Source: an archaeon
GTDB taxonomy: Archaea > B1Sed10-29 > JAJSAI01
Assembly (NCBI GenBank): GCA_024274695.1
Contig: JAJSAI010000019.1
Span: 1 to 64,000 of the forward strand
Length of the DNA: 64,000 nt
Direction of reading: 5' to 3'
The notes beneath the pieces were generated by a model, which saw only the letters and a list, made by a program, of their open reading frames with translations, did not search any database and was not told the DNA's origin. Positions within the stretch are counted from its first letter, which is position 1. Each line of letters opens with the position of its first letter. The translations under genes were made by a program, and so were the position numbers. Positions 18,612-28,087 of this stretch are shown here, one piece after another.

Positions 18612-19973
18612 TCAGTAAAGCCCTTGGTCCAGCATCGCGTCCGCAACCCTCTTGAACCCAGCGATGTTCGCGCCCACCACAAGGTTTCCTGGGCTCCCGT
18701 ACTCTTTTGCAGCGTTCCAGGCCTGCTCGTGTATCCTTTTCATTATCTGCTTTAGTCTCTCGTCAACCTCTTCGGCTGTCCACTGCAGGCGCATGCTGTT
18801 CTGGCTCATTTCAAGCCCGCTTACCGCCACTCCTCCCGCGTTAGCCGCTTTCGCCGGGCCGAACAGCACGCTGTTTTCCAAGAACAAGCGGACCGCTCCA
18901 GGTACGGAAGGCATGTTGGCTCCTTCAACCACTGCCTTCAGCCCGTTGTCTATCATTTTCTTGGCGTCCTGTTCTTTTATCTCGTTCTGCGTGGCGCACG
19001 GCATTGCAATGTCTATCTTTTCCAGTTTTTCAGCGATCTCCCATGGCATTTTTCCAGGATAGTACTGGACCCCGTACTCTTCAGCGTACTCTTTTATCCT
19101 GCCTCTCCTGACGTTCTTCAGTTCCATCACGTACTCCCACTTCTCTCCTTTTATGCCCTCGGGATCGTACACCGTGCCGTCCGAGTCTGACAGGGTTACC
19201 ACTATTCCTCCCAGCTGGCTGACCTTCTGAGCAGCGTACTGGGCGACATTCCCTGCTCCGGATATTGCCACGACCTTCCTTTCTACTCCCTCTCCTCTCG
19301 TTTTTAGCATTTCTTCCAGGAAGTAAGTGACCCCGTACCCGGTGGCCTCCGGCCGGATGAGCGAGCCTCCCCACTCGTACGCCTTTCCTGTCAGCGCTCC
19401 CTCAAACCGGTTCACTATCCGCTTGTACTGTCCGAACAGGTACCCTATCTCCCTGGCTCCTACTCCAATGTCTCCTGCCGGGACGTCCGTGTCCGGGCCT
19501 ATGTGCCTGTAAAGCTCGGTCATGAAAGCCTGGCAGAACCTCCTGACCTCTGAATCGCTCTTCCCCTTGGGGTCAAAGTCAGAGCCTCCCTTGCCAGCCC
19601 CCAGGGGCAGTCCAGTGAGAGAGTTCTTGAAGATCTGCTCGAACCCCAGGAACTTGACCAGCCCCAGGTAGACGGAGGGATGGAACCTAAGGCCTCCCTT
19701 GTACGGGCCAAGGGCGCTGTTGAACTGCACCCTGTACCCTCTGTTAACGTGCACTTCCCCGTTGTCATCCTCCCACGCGACCCTGAACATGACCACTCTC
19801 TCGGGCTCTGTAATCCTTTCAAGTATCTTTGCTTTCATGTACTCTGGTTTTTCTTTTAGCAGGGGCGTCACGGACTCCAGGACTTCCCTGACAGCCTGGT
19901 GAAACTCTTTCTCGCCAGGATTCTTTTCCTCAATCTTTTGTATCACACTCTCCACGTACTCTTCTGCGTTCAT
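18612..19973 (-). CDS. gdhA: NAD(P)-dependent glutamate dehydrogenase
   Basis: GPYKGGLRFH, GKGGSDFDPKGKS, DVPAGDIGVG, RPEATGYG, KAANAGGV. Confidence 0.96.
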   Translation of the reverse strand: MNAEEYVESVIQKIEEKNPGEKEFHQAVREVLESVTPLLKEKPEYMKAKILERITEPERVVMFRVAWEDDNGEVHVNRGYRVQFNSALGPYKGGLRFHPSVYLGLVKFLGFEQIFKNSLTGLPLGAGKGGSDFDPKGKSDSEVRRFCQAFMTELYRHIGPDTDVPAGDIGVGAREIGYLFGQYKRIVNRFEGALTGKAYEWGGSLIRPEATGYGVTYFLEEMLKTRGEGVERKVVAISGAGNVAQYAAQKVSQLGGIVVTLSDSDGTVYDPEGIKGEKWEYVMELKNVRRGRIKEYAEEYGVQYYPGKMPWEIAEKLEKIDIAMPCATQNEIKEQDAKKMIDNGLKAVVEGANMPSVPGAVRLFLENSVLFGPAKAANAGGVAVSGLEMSQNSMRLQWTAEEVDERLKQIMKRIHEQAWNAAKEYGSPGNLVVGANIAGFKRVADAMLDQGLY

Positions 19974-20108
19974 GATCAGTCCTCCTTTTCAGAACTAATT
20001 ATGACGAGTGGAGAGGTTCAGGAGAGCTTATTTTAAATTCTGATGTTGCCCAAGCAACAACTTTTTTATGCTCCTCTCCCGGATGATCTTCAGAGGAGGT
20101 GTCATGTT

Positions 20109-20990
20109 TTGCGTTGCGTTAGGTGCGGGGAAAAGGCAGTGGCCTTGGCTGCAGGGCGGACAGCGTACTGCAGGCAGCACTACCTGGAATGGTTTGAGGA
20201 AAAGGTTTCGAGAACAATAAAAAAGCTGGGCATGTTTGGGACACGGGACAGGATCCTGGTGGCCGTTTCAGGAGGCAAGGACTCCCTCGTGTTATGGCAC
20301 GTTCTCAACAGGCTGGGTTATTCCGCGGACGGAGTGTTCGTGCACCTGAAGATCCCGGAGTATTCTGACAAGAGTTTTGAAGTGACAAAACGTTTTGCCG
20401 AGAAGGAAGGCCTGCGCCTGCTGGTTGTGGAGTCCTCATCTCCCGTGAGGATCCTCGCGAGGAAGAGCAGGAGGAAGACGTGCTCTGCCTGCGGGATAGT
20501 CAAGAGGCACGAGCTCAACAGACTCGCTCACGAGCAGGGGTACTCTGTCCTGGCCACCGGACACAATCTTGATGACGAGACCGCAGTGCTCTTGGCGAAT
20601 GTCATGAAATGGGACTCTCAGGCCCTGGCCAGGCAGTCTCCCGTGCTCCCTGGTTCTGGAAAACTGGTCAAAAGGGTCAAGCCATTATGCTTCTTGACAG
20701 AGAAACATTCTGCCCAGTACGCGTTGCTCGCAGGAATAGACTACGTGCAAGAAGAATGTCCTTTTTCGCGCAACGCCTCGACCACGTTTTACAAGAAGAT
20801 GTTGAATGCCCTGGAGCAAAGGTTTCCTGGAACCAAGAAAAACGTTTACAAGAGGTTCCTGGAGTTCAGGAAAAACATTCCCCAGGAAGAGATGGTACTG
20901 AAGGACTGCAGAGAATGCGGTTATCCCACGACAGGAGACATTTGTTCTTTCTGCAGGATTGTCAGGGGATCACTTCAACCCCGTTGTTAG
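20109..20990 (+). CDS. tRNA 2-thiolation protein, TtuA/Ncs6 (PP-loop) family
   Basis: N-terminal CxxC..C..H, SGGKDS, CSACG, TGHNLDD, ECPF, C-terminal CxxC..CxxC. Probable TTG start 7 nt after GGAGGTG. Confidence 0.9.
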   Translation: MRCVRCGEKAVALAAGRTAYCRQHYLEWFEEKVSRTIKKLGMFGTRDRILVAVSGGKDSLVLWHVLNRLGYSADGVFVHLKIPEYSDKSFEVTKRFAEKEGLRLLVVESSSPVRILARKSRRKTCSACGIVKRHELNRLAHEQGYSVLATGHNLDDETAVLLANVMKWDSQALARQSPVLPGSGKLVKRVKPLCFLTEKHSAQYALLAGIDYVQEECPFSRNASTTFYKKMLNALEQRFPGTKKNVYKRFLEFRKNIPQEEMVLKDCRECGYPTTGDICSFCRIVRGSLQPRC

Positions 20991-22047
20991 GATTAGGGTA
21001 GTCAAATTCCCCGAGCCTTATCCTGCCCTTTTTTATAAGGTCCTCCACTTCCGGTTTTATCTCCTGAAGGACGTTCACCAGGTGCCTCACGCTCTGGCAT
21101 ACTTTCTTGAAGCCTTCTTCTCCCCACAGTTTCGTCCGGTTGGCGAACAAGCACCTTCCCCCGCACGCCCACAGGATATCGCAGGAAGTGCACGGCTCGA
21201 CGAGCCCTACCGTGTTCCTCAACTGTTCAGGCTTCTTTTCCCTGATGTTCCCGAGTCTTAGGAAGTCCCAGTCAGGGCCTATCGGGCACGCGAGCACGGT
21301 CCCGTCAGGCGCTATCGCGAACGCGTCCTGGCCCGATCCGCACCTCAGCCCAGAAGGCTTTCCTGTCAGCAGGGTGTGCATGACCCCTTGGAAGGGTGCG
21401 ATCCCGAGCACTGTCCCGTCCCGCATCCAGTCCAGCCAGAGTCCCGCGAGCCTGGTGACTCCCTTGTTGTACTCCTGGAGCCAGGAGTCAAAATCCACTT
21501 CCTCCCACGTCCCAGGAGCGCTCCAGAACACGTCAAGCTGCCAGTGCACGTGATCGTACAACCTCCTGCCATCGTGCTCCAGGAAGAGCAGGTGGGTCAC
21601 GTCATCGTACACGCTTGAGTGGTCAGAGACAGCCATCCTCGCGACAAGGTCTCTTGTGAATCCCCTCTCGCGCGCGTTCCTCGCGTTCCTGATGGCAGCC
21701 TCGTACACTCCTTTTCCCCTGTAATGGTTCGTGACGTTCTTGTCCCCGTCCACGGACGTTAGTATTGTGTCAAGCCTGTGCAGGTACTCGTCCGGGAGCT
21801 CGTGCAACAAGAGCGCGTTGGTCTGCAGATGCCAGTACCTTGCGGGCACCTCGTCCATGATCCTTTCAACCAGGTCCAGCGCGAGCAGCGGCTCTCCGCC
21901 GTAAAAGCTTATCCCTGCCTCAGGATCCCTTGAGATGAACCGTTTGAGCAGGCTCACGTCAATCTCCCCGGGCTTCCCTGGCCAGTCTCCTCCGCAGTAC
22001 CTGCACCTGAGGTTACATTTTCCTGTGACGATAACGTGGTAGAGCAA
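20962..22047 (-). CDS. Radical SAM/SPASM enzyme (AF0577/TIGR04084-like)
   Basis: CNLRCRYC, FYGGEPLL, HWQLD, SPASM Cys pattern (C..G...CP...CTSC....CGGRC). Confidence 0.85.
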   Translation of the reverse strand: MLYHVIVTGKCNLRCRYCGGDWPGKPGEIDVSLLKRFISRDPEAGISFYGGEPLLALDLVERIMDEVPARYWHLQTNALLLHELPDEYLHRLDTILTSVDGDKNVTNHYRGKGVYEAAIRNARNARERGFTRDLVARMAVSDHSSVYDDVTHLLFLEHDGRRLYDHVHWQLDVFWSAPGTWEEVDFDSWLQEYNKGVTRLAGLWLDWMRDGTVLGIAPFQGVMHTLLTGKPSGLRCGSGQDAFAIAPDGTVLACPIGPDWDFLRLGNIREKKPEQLRNTVGLVEPCTSCDILWACGGRCLFANRTKLWGEEGFKKVCQSVRHLVNVLQEIKPEVEDLIKKGRIRLGEFDYPNPNNGVEVIP

Positions 22048-22061
22048 AATCTCCGCTCCCT

Positions 22062-23252
22062 TCAGTTTAGTAGTCCTATCAGGTACAAGGGTATGCTGTT
22101 TCCTGACGTGTCAAGACTCTCTTTTAATATGTACCCTTTTGTTCCTGTTTGCGCCCTTCCTTTTGACCTTCCGCCTATCTCAAAGATCTTGCTATCGGCC
22201 ATGTAGTCAGGGGCTTTTCTGCCCGATTCTCTCACGTAGCACGCGTTCTTCACGAACTCTGTGAAAAAGTCTTCTCTGACCCCCCCTACATTCTCAGGAG
22301 CCCCATACTCCGTGCACAACTGTTTCCTGAACGGAAACGCTAGTAGGAATTTCGCCTGTTTCCTGACGCTCTTGTGACCCCTACCGCAGGCGTTCACTTT
22401 CCTGAGTATCCCTATGCTATTTAGGTCTTCCAAGAGCGAGATCACGAACTTCGTGCTTTTCATTAAAGTTCTCGCGAGTCTGTTGTAACTCACTTGTCCC
22501 GGAGGGGAAGTGGCTATCACGCGCATGATCTTGAACGCCGCGTCCACTGTCTCCTTGTCGACCTCTCTCACGTATGCGAGGTCATTGTTTATCATTCTTT
22601 CAAGGATGCTCATGAAGACGTCTGGGTTTTTCGTGGAATAGTATGCTGGGAGTGCTTCTCCTCCAGCGTATTTCTCAAAGGACGGCACAAAGGGCGCGAT
22701 CTGCCTGGCAAGTTCCCTTTTTTGAGAGATTATCTCGTCAAGCGTTTTCTTGGGCAAGAGCCTGCCATGCTTTAGGAAAACGTATTCCCTGAAAGAGAGG
22801 GGACCCAAGAATATTTTGCGCACCCTTCTTGAAAGCTCTGTAGCCTGTGCTATAAGTCCTATCATGGACGATCCGCTGGCCCACACTACCGTCCGGGTGG
22901 AATCGTAGAAGATCTTAACGTCCTTTTCCCACTCTTGGAAGGAGTGCACTTCGTCCACGAGCACTCTGGAGTACCCTCTGTCGTGCACTTCTTGCAGAAA
23001 GTCAAGAAGGTCAACACCTAACCTGACAAGAACTTCTGCGTTAACGTAAAAGCTTTGAGGATCTCTTCTTGCGATCTCTGTCAAGAGTGTTGTCTTGCCC
23101 ACTCCCCTGATTCCGTATAGGACGACAACGTCTTTGCAGTCTTGGGTCTCCTTGATTATTTCCTCTGTCGCCGGCCTTAGCCTGTCAACCCTCTGAGACT
23201 CTACCTGGGATTGTGACAGTGAGAATATTCTTGTGAAAATTTTTTCCTCCAT
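22062..23252 (-). CDS. AAA+ ATPase (AAA_14/DUF4143 type)
   Basis: GIRGVGKTT, VLVDEVH, SGSS, ELSRR, LGPLSFREY, C-terminal PDY..FEIGG. Confidence 0.85.
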   Translation of the reverse strand: MEEKIFTRIFSLSQSQVESQRVDRLRPATEEIIKETQDCKDVVVLYGIRGVGKTTLLTEIARRDPQSFYVNAEVLVRLGVDLLDFLQEVHDRGYSRVLVDEVHSFQEWEKDVKIFYDSTRTVVWASGSSMIGLIAQATELSRRVRKIFLGPLSFREYVFLKHGRLLPKKTLDEIISQKRELARQIAPFVPSFEKYAGGEALPAYYSTKNPDVFMSILERMINNDLAYVREVDKETVDAAFKIMRVIATSPPGQVSYNRLARTLMKSTKFVISLLEDLNSIGILRKVNACGRGHKSVRKQAKFLLAFPFRKQLCTEYGAPENVGGVREDFFTEFVKNACYVRESGRKAPDYMADSKIFEIGGRSKGRAQTGTKGYILKESLDTSGNSIPLYLIGLLN

Positions 23253-23286
23253 GTTTTTAAATAACTCAAATCACATATAAAAACTT

Positions 23287-23332
23287 TTTCCTAAAGGAAA
23301 CAAAAATAGCAAATTTTGTTGCCTTAAGGAAA
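23287..23332. promoter_or_regulatory. Pair of imperfect palindromes upstream of the AAA+ ATPase promoter (candidate operators)
   Basis: TTTCCTAAAGGAAA (23287-23300) and TTGCCTTAAGGAAA (23319-23332), 32 bp apart, next to a minus-strand TTTTATAT box. Confidence 0.45.
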
Positions 23333-23354
23333 TAAAAAACTAAAAAAAGGGGTT
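23331..23354 (-). terminator. U-rich archaeal terminator after the histone gene
   Basis: On the minus strand a T7 and a T6 tract follow the stop codon almost immediately. Confidence 0.55.
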
Positions 23355-23531
23355 TCAGAGGTCGTGAGCTCTCACGGTCTGCCTGCCGTTCTCCTTTGCT
23401 CTCCTGGCAGCTTTTTTGACAAGCTCTTCAACCTGCCTGCTGAGAGCATCAGTGAAATCGCTGCTTGTCCTCATGTTGAGCTTCTTAACGAGCTCTTTGA
23501 TCTTGCTCTGTACCACGAGAGTTTCAGCCAT
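23355..23531 (-). CDS. Short histone-fold protein, 58 aa (alpha3-truncated type)
   Basis: Manual translation MAETLVVQSKIKELVKKLNMRTSSDFTDALSRQVEELVKKAARRAKENGRQTVRAHDL; histone RxTxxxxD motif; strong SD GGAGGAGG, TATA box and U-tract. Below the ORF-track cutoff. Confidence 0.9.
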   Translation of the reverse strand: MAETLVVQSKIKELVKKLNMRTSSDFTDALSRQVEELVKKAARRAKENGRQTVRAHDL

Positions 23532-23574
23532 ACGCCATTCCTCCTCCTTTTTTCTGGGGACAAACCAGGAACCA

Positions 23575-23600
23575 GGGGTATAAAAGGTTTTTCACGGGCA
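23575..23600 (-). promoter_or_regulatory. BRE-TATA promoter of the histone gene
   Basis: Minus strand reads GTGAAAAACC-TTTTATA about 50 nt upstream of the ATG. Confidence 0.55.
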
Positions 23601-23634
23601 AACAATAAAAAAGTTTTAAAAAGTATTCTCTCGC

Positions 23635-24345
23635 GTGAGAGCCAAGAGAATGCAGGCTTCCCTGAAGCGCGCTGCCAAGGAAGAGCTTGAGAAAAAGAAG
23701 AGGAGGAGAGAATTCCTGCTGGACTGGCTGGGCGTCCTGTCAAGCAGGGCTAGGACAGAGGGATACCTGCAGGTGCAGGAAGAGGTTCTTGAGGTCCTGG
23801 AAAAGCTGGACGAGGTTACCCGGGAGATAAGAGAGCTTGAGGAAGACCTTGAGAAAGGAGCGCCCGGCCTCGGGCTAAGAGAGTTCCAGGAGCACTTGCA
23901 AGGAAAGTACAACATCGTGTTCACTCGGGGAGTGGGGGAGGAAGCCCGCAGAGAAGTTGAAGAAAAAATAAGGAAAAAGAAGCAGAGAATCGAGTCCATT
24001 GAGGAAGGCATCCTGCTTGCGACAGACCTTCCCACCCGGAACGTTCTTTCAAGAATTCTTGCCAAGGAGAAAGAAGAGCTGAGCGTGCTGGAGAACGCCA
24101 TGAACGCGTTCAAGAGAAGAAGAGGTCTCCTGATCCCAGAACTTGAGGAGAGGATAAGAAACCTTGAGAAAGAGCTTGAGGTCGCGAGAAAAGAACGGGA
24201 GAAGCTCGTTAACGAGTACAAGAGGACAGGCAGGGAAGAGCTCGCTGACCTGTTCACGAAGCTGAGGGGCGTTGAACAGTCAATCCAGCACAGGATTAAC
24301 CTGTTGAAGGAAGAGCTTGCAAGAGAAAAAGAAAAGCAAGGGTAA
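23635..24345 (+). CDS. Hypothetical coiled-coil protein
   Basis: E/K/R/L heptad-like composition; TTTTAAA box just upstream of the GTG start. Confidence 0.7.
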   Translation: MRAKRMQASLKRAAKEELEKKKRRREFLLDWLGVLSSRARTEGYLQVQEEVLEVLEKLDEVTREIRELEEDLEKGAPGLGLREFQEHLQGKYNIVFTRGVGEEARREVEEKIRKKKQRIESIEEGILLATDLPTRNVLSRILAKEKEELSVLENAMNAFKRRRGLLIPELEERIRNLEKELEVARKEREKLVNEYKRTGREELADLFTKLRGVEQSIQHRINLLKEELAREKEKQG

Positions 24346-24378
24346 TCTTTTTATCCGAGCGCCTTTTGGTACACTAGC

Positions 24379-25494
24379 ATGCACTTCACTCTGCACAGAC
24401 TGAACATCCTTTTGTCCGGGACAGAGACGAGAAGCATTTACGTTAACGGAATGATAAGATCTCTTGCCTTCGGAATAGCAGGGGTCTTCATACCCATATT
24501 CCTGCTGGAAAACGGCCTGCCCCTGCCAGGAATAGGCCTGTTTTACGTGACCCAGTACCTGTTTTTCGCGATATTCGCCCTGCAGAACACCTTTTTCGAG
24601 GAGCTCTTGGGAGGGATAAAGAAGATGATCATCGCAGGAACAGCGTGTTCCGCGATCTTCCTGGCCACTCTGGGAAGAGTCCCTGTCTGGATGTCTGCAA
24701 TGCTCGCAGGAGCAGGGCTGGGGCTCTACTGGGTGTCAGTGAACACGGACTTTTCTCTGCACGTCCGGAAAGGGAAGGCTGGGAGCACGTTCGGGAAATG
24801 GACTTCCCTCGCCTCGGTCCCTGCCCTGTTCGCTCCCCTGCTCGGCGGCTGGCTGCTTGACGTGATAGGCTTCAGGCTCGTGCTGTTCATTTCCTCAGGA
24901 ATCCTCGCGCTGTCCCTCATTCCCTTCGTCCTGTCAGAAGACATTTTTGTGAGGCCCAGGAGGAAAATCAGAGAGGTCCTGGGAGGAGAGCTCTCGGCAG
25001 AGTTCATCCTGCAGGGAGTTGTGTTCATCGCCTTCATCCTCTGGCCGGTGTACATCTTCTCCACCGGGAAAGACCTGCTCGTGGTGGGTGGTTTGTCAGT
25101 CCTCTCCTCCCTCGCCCTCATCCTCTTCAAGTACTCTTACGGCAGGCTGGCGGACAGGCTGAGCAGGCTCGCCCTCATGAAAGCAGGGGCTCTTCTTAAC
25201 GCTGTAGTCTGGGTTCTGGCAATGCTCTCCGAGGACGTGGTGTCCCTTTCTGTGGTGTCCGTGCTGCTCGGGTTCACAGGGTCTCTTGTGGGCACGCCTT
25301 TGTTCGTCTTCTTCTCAGAGTACTCAAAAAAAGACCCTCTCGCCTGGATGTCCCTCAGAGAAGTCTCCCTGTGCCTGGGGAGGATAACAGCGGCCCTGCT
25401 GTTCTTCTGGTTCCCTTCCTTTGATTTCGCGTTCGCCCTGGCGGCCTTAGCCTCCGTGGGGCTTGCAATGGTAAAGCCAGTGCACTCTGAATAA
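24379..25494 (+). CDS. MFS transporter
   Basis: About 12 hydrophobic segments; motif A-like YGRLADRLSR; APLLGGWL. Confidence 0.85.
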   Translation: MHFTLHRLNILLSGTETRSIYVNGMIRSLAFGIAGVFIPIFLLENGLPLPGIGLFYVTQYLFFAIFALQNTFFEELLGGIKKMIIAGTACSAIFLATLGRVPVWMSAMLAGAGLGLYWVSVNTDFSLHVRKGKAGSTFGKWTSLASVPALFAPLLGGWLLDVIGFRLVLFISSGILALSLIPFVLSEDIFVRPRRKIREVLGGELSAEFILQGVVFIAFILWPVYIFSTGKDLLVVGGLSVLSSLALILFKYSYGRLADRLSRLALMKAGALLNAVVWVLAMLSEDVVSLSVVSVLLGFTGSLVGTPLFVFFSEYSKKDPLAWMSLREVSLCLGRITAALLFFWFPSFDFAFALAALASVGLAMVKPVHSE

Positions 25495-25524
25495 AATTTA
25501 AAGGAGTGTGTGATATAATTCCGC

Positions 25525-26565
25525 ATGGAGCCAATAGTTATAGTTGGTGCAGGCCCTGCTGGCCTATCCCTTCATGAGAAACTGTGCGAGTCTGGGATCA
25601 AAAGTTTGATCATAGAGCGTAAGAAAAGCGTTGGAGAATATGGCAATAGGGTAATAAATCTTGATACTTTCAAGTTATTTGGATCTCCTGAAGAAATAAT
25701 CTCTTATAAAATAGATGAAGTCGTGTTTTCTTCCCCTTCTGGTGAAAAGTTACGCGCCAAAAAAGAAAGGGGGTACGTTATTAATAAGAGGGATCTAGAA
25801 TTATGCTTGCTTGATAGGATTTCTGAGCCTAACATAGTATATGGTAAGGCAGTAATAAAATTAAATAAGAAAAAGAAAAAACTTCTTACTTCTGATGGGA
25901 CGATCTTTTCTTATTCTATACTTGTAGGATGCGATGGAGTCCATTCTACAGTACGAAGTTCTGTGACAGATGAACAGATTAAGACAATAAATTGTTACGC
26001 GGAAGAATACGATGGCCAGGAACCCACTACCGTATTCGTAGAACCTGATTTGGCAAAAGGCTTTTATGGTTGGATAATGCCCCTGTCAGATAAGAGAATT
26101 GAGATAGGTATAGGTAGTGTCAACAGAGGAGTTTCCCAAAAAGAACTTTTTCATATCTTGAAAAAAAAACATGGATTAGATAAATATTCTAGGTCACTTA
26201 AGATAACGGGAGGAACACTTCCTGTAGACTTTCTGAAAAGAGAAGTGTATTCTGATATTGTTCTGATAGGGGATGCTAGTGGAGGAGAACCCGCAATGGG
26301 GGGATCACTTCACAAGACTGTTGATGAAGTTAATCTACTTTTCAATATTCTTTCTGAGAAAAAAAATTTAGAGGAGTATGATATCTTATGGAACGGATTT
26401 TTCCTTGAAGAGTTTAAAACTCAAAGAAAACTTAGAAATGCGATTGACTCTGCTACAGAGAAAGATATTGACAAAGTGTTCAAAAAGTTACATAAAAAAA
26501 GATTACCTGATAAGGGGCTCGTTACCACTATATTTAAAGAGATTGCTCTTAATCTTGAAAAGTAA
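25525..26565 (+). CDS. Geranylgeranyl-reductase-like FAD-dependent oxidoreductase (divergent)
   Basis: IVGAGPAGL, GCDGVHS, GFYGWIMP, LIGDASG..P.MGG. Confidence 0.8.
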   Translation: MEPIVIVGAGPAGLSLHEKLCESGIKSLIIERKKSVGEYGNRVINLDTFKLFGSPEEIISYKIDEVVFSSPSGEKLRAKKERGYVINKRDLELCLLDRISEPNIVYGKAVIKLNKKKKKLLTSDGTIFSYSILVGCDGVHSTVRSSVTDEQIKTINCYAEEYDGQEPTTVFVEPDLAKGFYGWIMPLSDKRIEIGIGSVNRGVSQKELFHILKKKHGLDKYSRSLKITGGTLPVDFLKREVYSDIVLIGDASGGEPAMGGSLHKTVDEVNLLFNILSEKKNLEEYDILWNGFFLEEFKTQRKLRNAIDSATEKDIDKVFKKLHKKRLPDKGLVTTIFKEIALNLEK

Positions 26566-26600
26566 AACTTTTTAATTTCTTTTAATTCTTTTGAAGAGAT

Positions 26601-27251
26601 ATGTTGACATATCCAGAATTAGTAAAGTTAATGCTTTCTGGGAAAATGAAGCTTTCTTTCGGAGAAATACTATTCCTTGGACATCCTTTTTCTCTGATGC
26701 CGATGTACTTTTACGAAGAACTTACTAAGAGACTTATTGAAGATCCTGAAGAAAGAGAAAAGGTATATTTTGACGCATGGAAAGCGGGGTTTAAGTTTAC
26801 CTTAGATATAGTGAACAAGTACTCTCTAGAAAGCTTTGAAGATAGATACAAACTTGCGATGGACTTGGTGAGCATGTCTGGTTTTGGGGATTATAGAACG
26901 ATTGAATTCTTTCCAGGTTACGCTATTTTCAAGATAATAAACAATCCATTTCCAAAATTATTCTATCCCTCAAATCTTAAAGTTGATCACATTTTGAGAG
27001 GCATTAATGCGGGCGGCGGAACCGTTGTTCATGAAAGAATAATAAATTGTGTTGAATTGGAATGCGCTGCTGAGAACAGTAAATATTGCTTGCATGTGAA
27101 CGGGAGTCAAAAATATTTAGAAGAAAGAATAGAAAATGAAAAAATTCTGGAAGAACAACTTGGAGATATTAAAAATCTTCAAAAGAAACAAGTTTCTTAT
27201 TTGAAAAGGAATTACAAAAAAATATATAAAAAATATTCTATAGAAAAATAA
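26601..27251 (+). CDS. V4R-domain (4-vinyl reductase-like) ligand-binding protein
   Basis: GEILFLG.PF.LMP, SGFG, DHILRG...G and C-terminal CVELECAAENSKYC (E-x2-C-x7-C). Confidence 0.7.
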   Translation: MLTYPELVKLMLSGKMKLSFGEILFLGHPFSLMPMYFYEELTKRLIEDPEEREKVYFDAWKAGFKFTLDIVNKYSLESFEDRYKLAMDLVSMSGFGDYRTIEFFPGYAIFKIINNPFPKLFYPSNLKVDHILRGINAGGGTVVHERIINCVELECAAENSKYCLHVNGSQKYLEERIENEKILEEQLGDIKNLQKKQVSYLKRNYKKIYKKYSIEK

Positions 27252-28083
27252 CAAACAATATTAAGAATAATAAAATTATTAAAATTCTTTCATAAGCATA
27301 TACTTTAGTATAATTTTTTTGCCATGTTATTATTAGAGCTAAAATAATAAACAATAAACTAACAAGGGATATCACATGTTGATTAATGATTAATGTAAAT
27401 AATCCTAATAAAAATCCTGAAGAAAGTATCCATTTTCGAACTATTCTCATACCCTTTTTTGTACCATATTTTGTTGCCAAAGTCTTTTTTCCGTATACTG
27501 CATCGTATTTAGCATCTTTGAAGTCTTTAGTTGAGATGAGCGCGGAAATAAATAGCGTTAACAAAAAGAGGTTAACGATGAACTGAAAGCTAATCTGCTC
27601 AGTTAAAATTATTAGTCCCAATACTCCTGTCACAAAAAATGAGCCGTAAGCTAAGGTGATTGGCCCTACAAAAGGAATTCTCGCAAGCCATAGTGAGTAA
27701 GATATCCCTATTATAAGTAGTGAAAGAGCAAGCATTATACCCCAAAATCCTCCCATAACCCCAACAACTAATCCAGAACTCCAGAGTATATACATCACTC
27801 TTTTAGCTTCGTGTATGCTGATTCTTCCAGAGGTAAGAGGTCTGTAGGGCATGCTTTTTTTATCTATCTTGTAATCAATTATATCATTTAGGATTGCTCC
27901 TGCAGAATACATGGAAAAGATGATTGCTGCAGAAATAGCAATTTTTGACCAATCAAATTCCTGAGCAAATGCTGCAGCATAGAACAATGCCAAGAAATAA
28001 ATAAGGCTATTCCAAGGGCGCATAAGGTCTATGAAAGAAAGGATCTTATTTTTGGAGAGTTTTTCGGAAAAGAATTCTTCCAT
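27238..28083 (-). CDS. UbiA-family prenyltransferase (DGGGP synthase-like)
   Basis: LMRP.N, NDIIDYKID....RPL.SG and KDFKDAKYD..YGKKTLA aspartate motifs; many TM helices. Confidence 0.9.
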   Translation of the reverse strand: MEEFFSEKLSKNKILSFIDLMRPWNSLIYFLALFYAAAFAQEFDWSKIAISAAIIFSMYSAGAILNDIIDYKIDKKSMPYRPLTSGRISIHEAKRVMYILWSSGLVVGVMGGFWGIMLALSLLIIGISYSLWLARIPFVGPITLAYGSFFVTGVLGLIILTEQISFQFIVNLFLLTLFISALISTKDFKDAKYDAVYGKKTLATKYGTKKGMRIVRKWILSSGFLLGLFTLIINQHVISLVSLLFIILALIITWQKNYTKVYAYERILIILLFLILFVIFL

Positions 28084-28087
28084 AATT

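Noticed and set aside
23364-23743. Track ORFs 23364-23690 (+) and 23471-23743 (-)
   Set aside because: Better explained by the 58-aa histone gene and its promoter on the minus strand.
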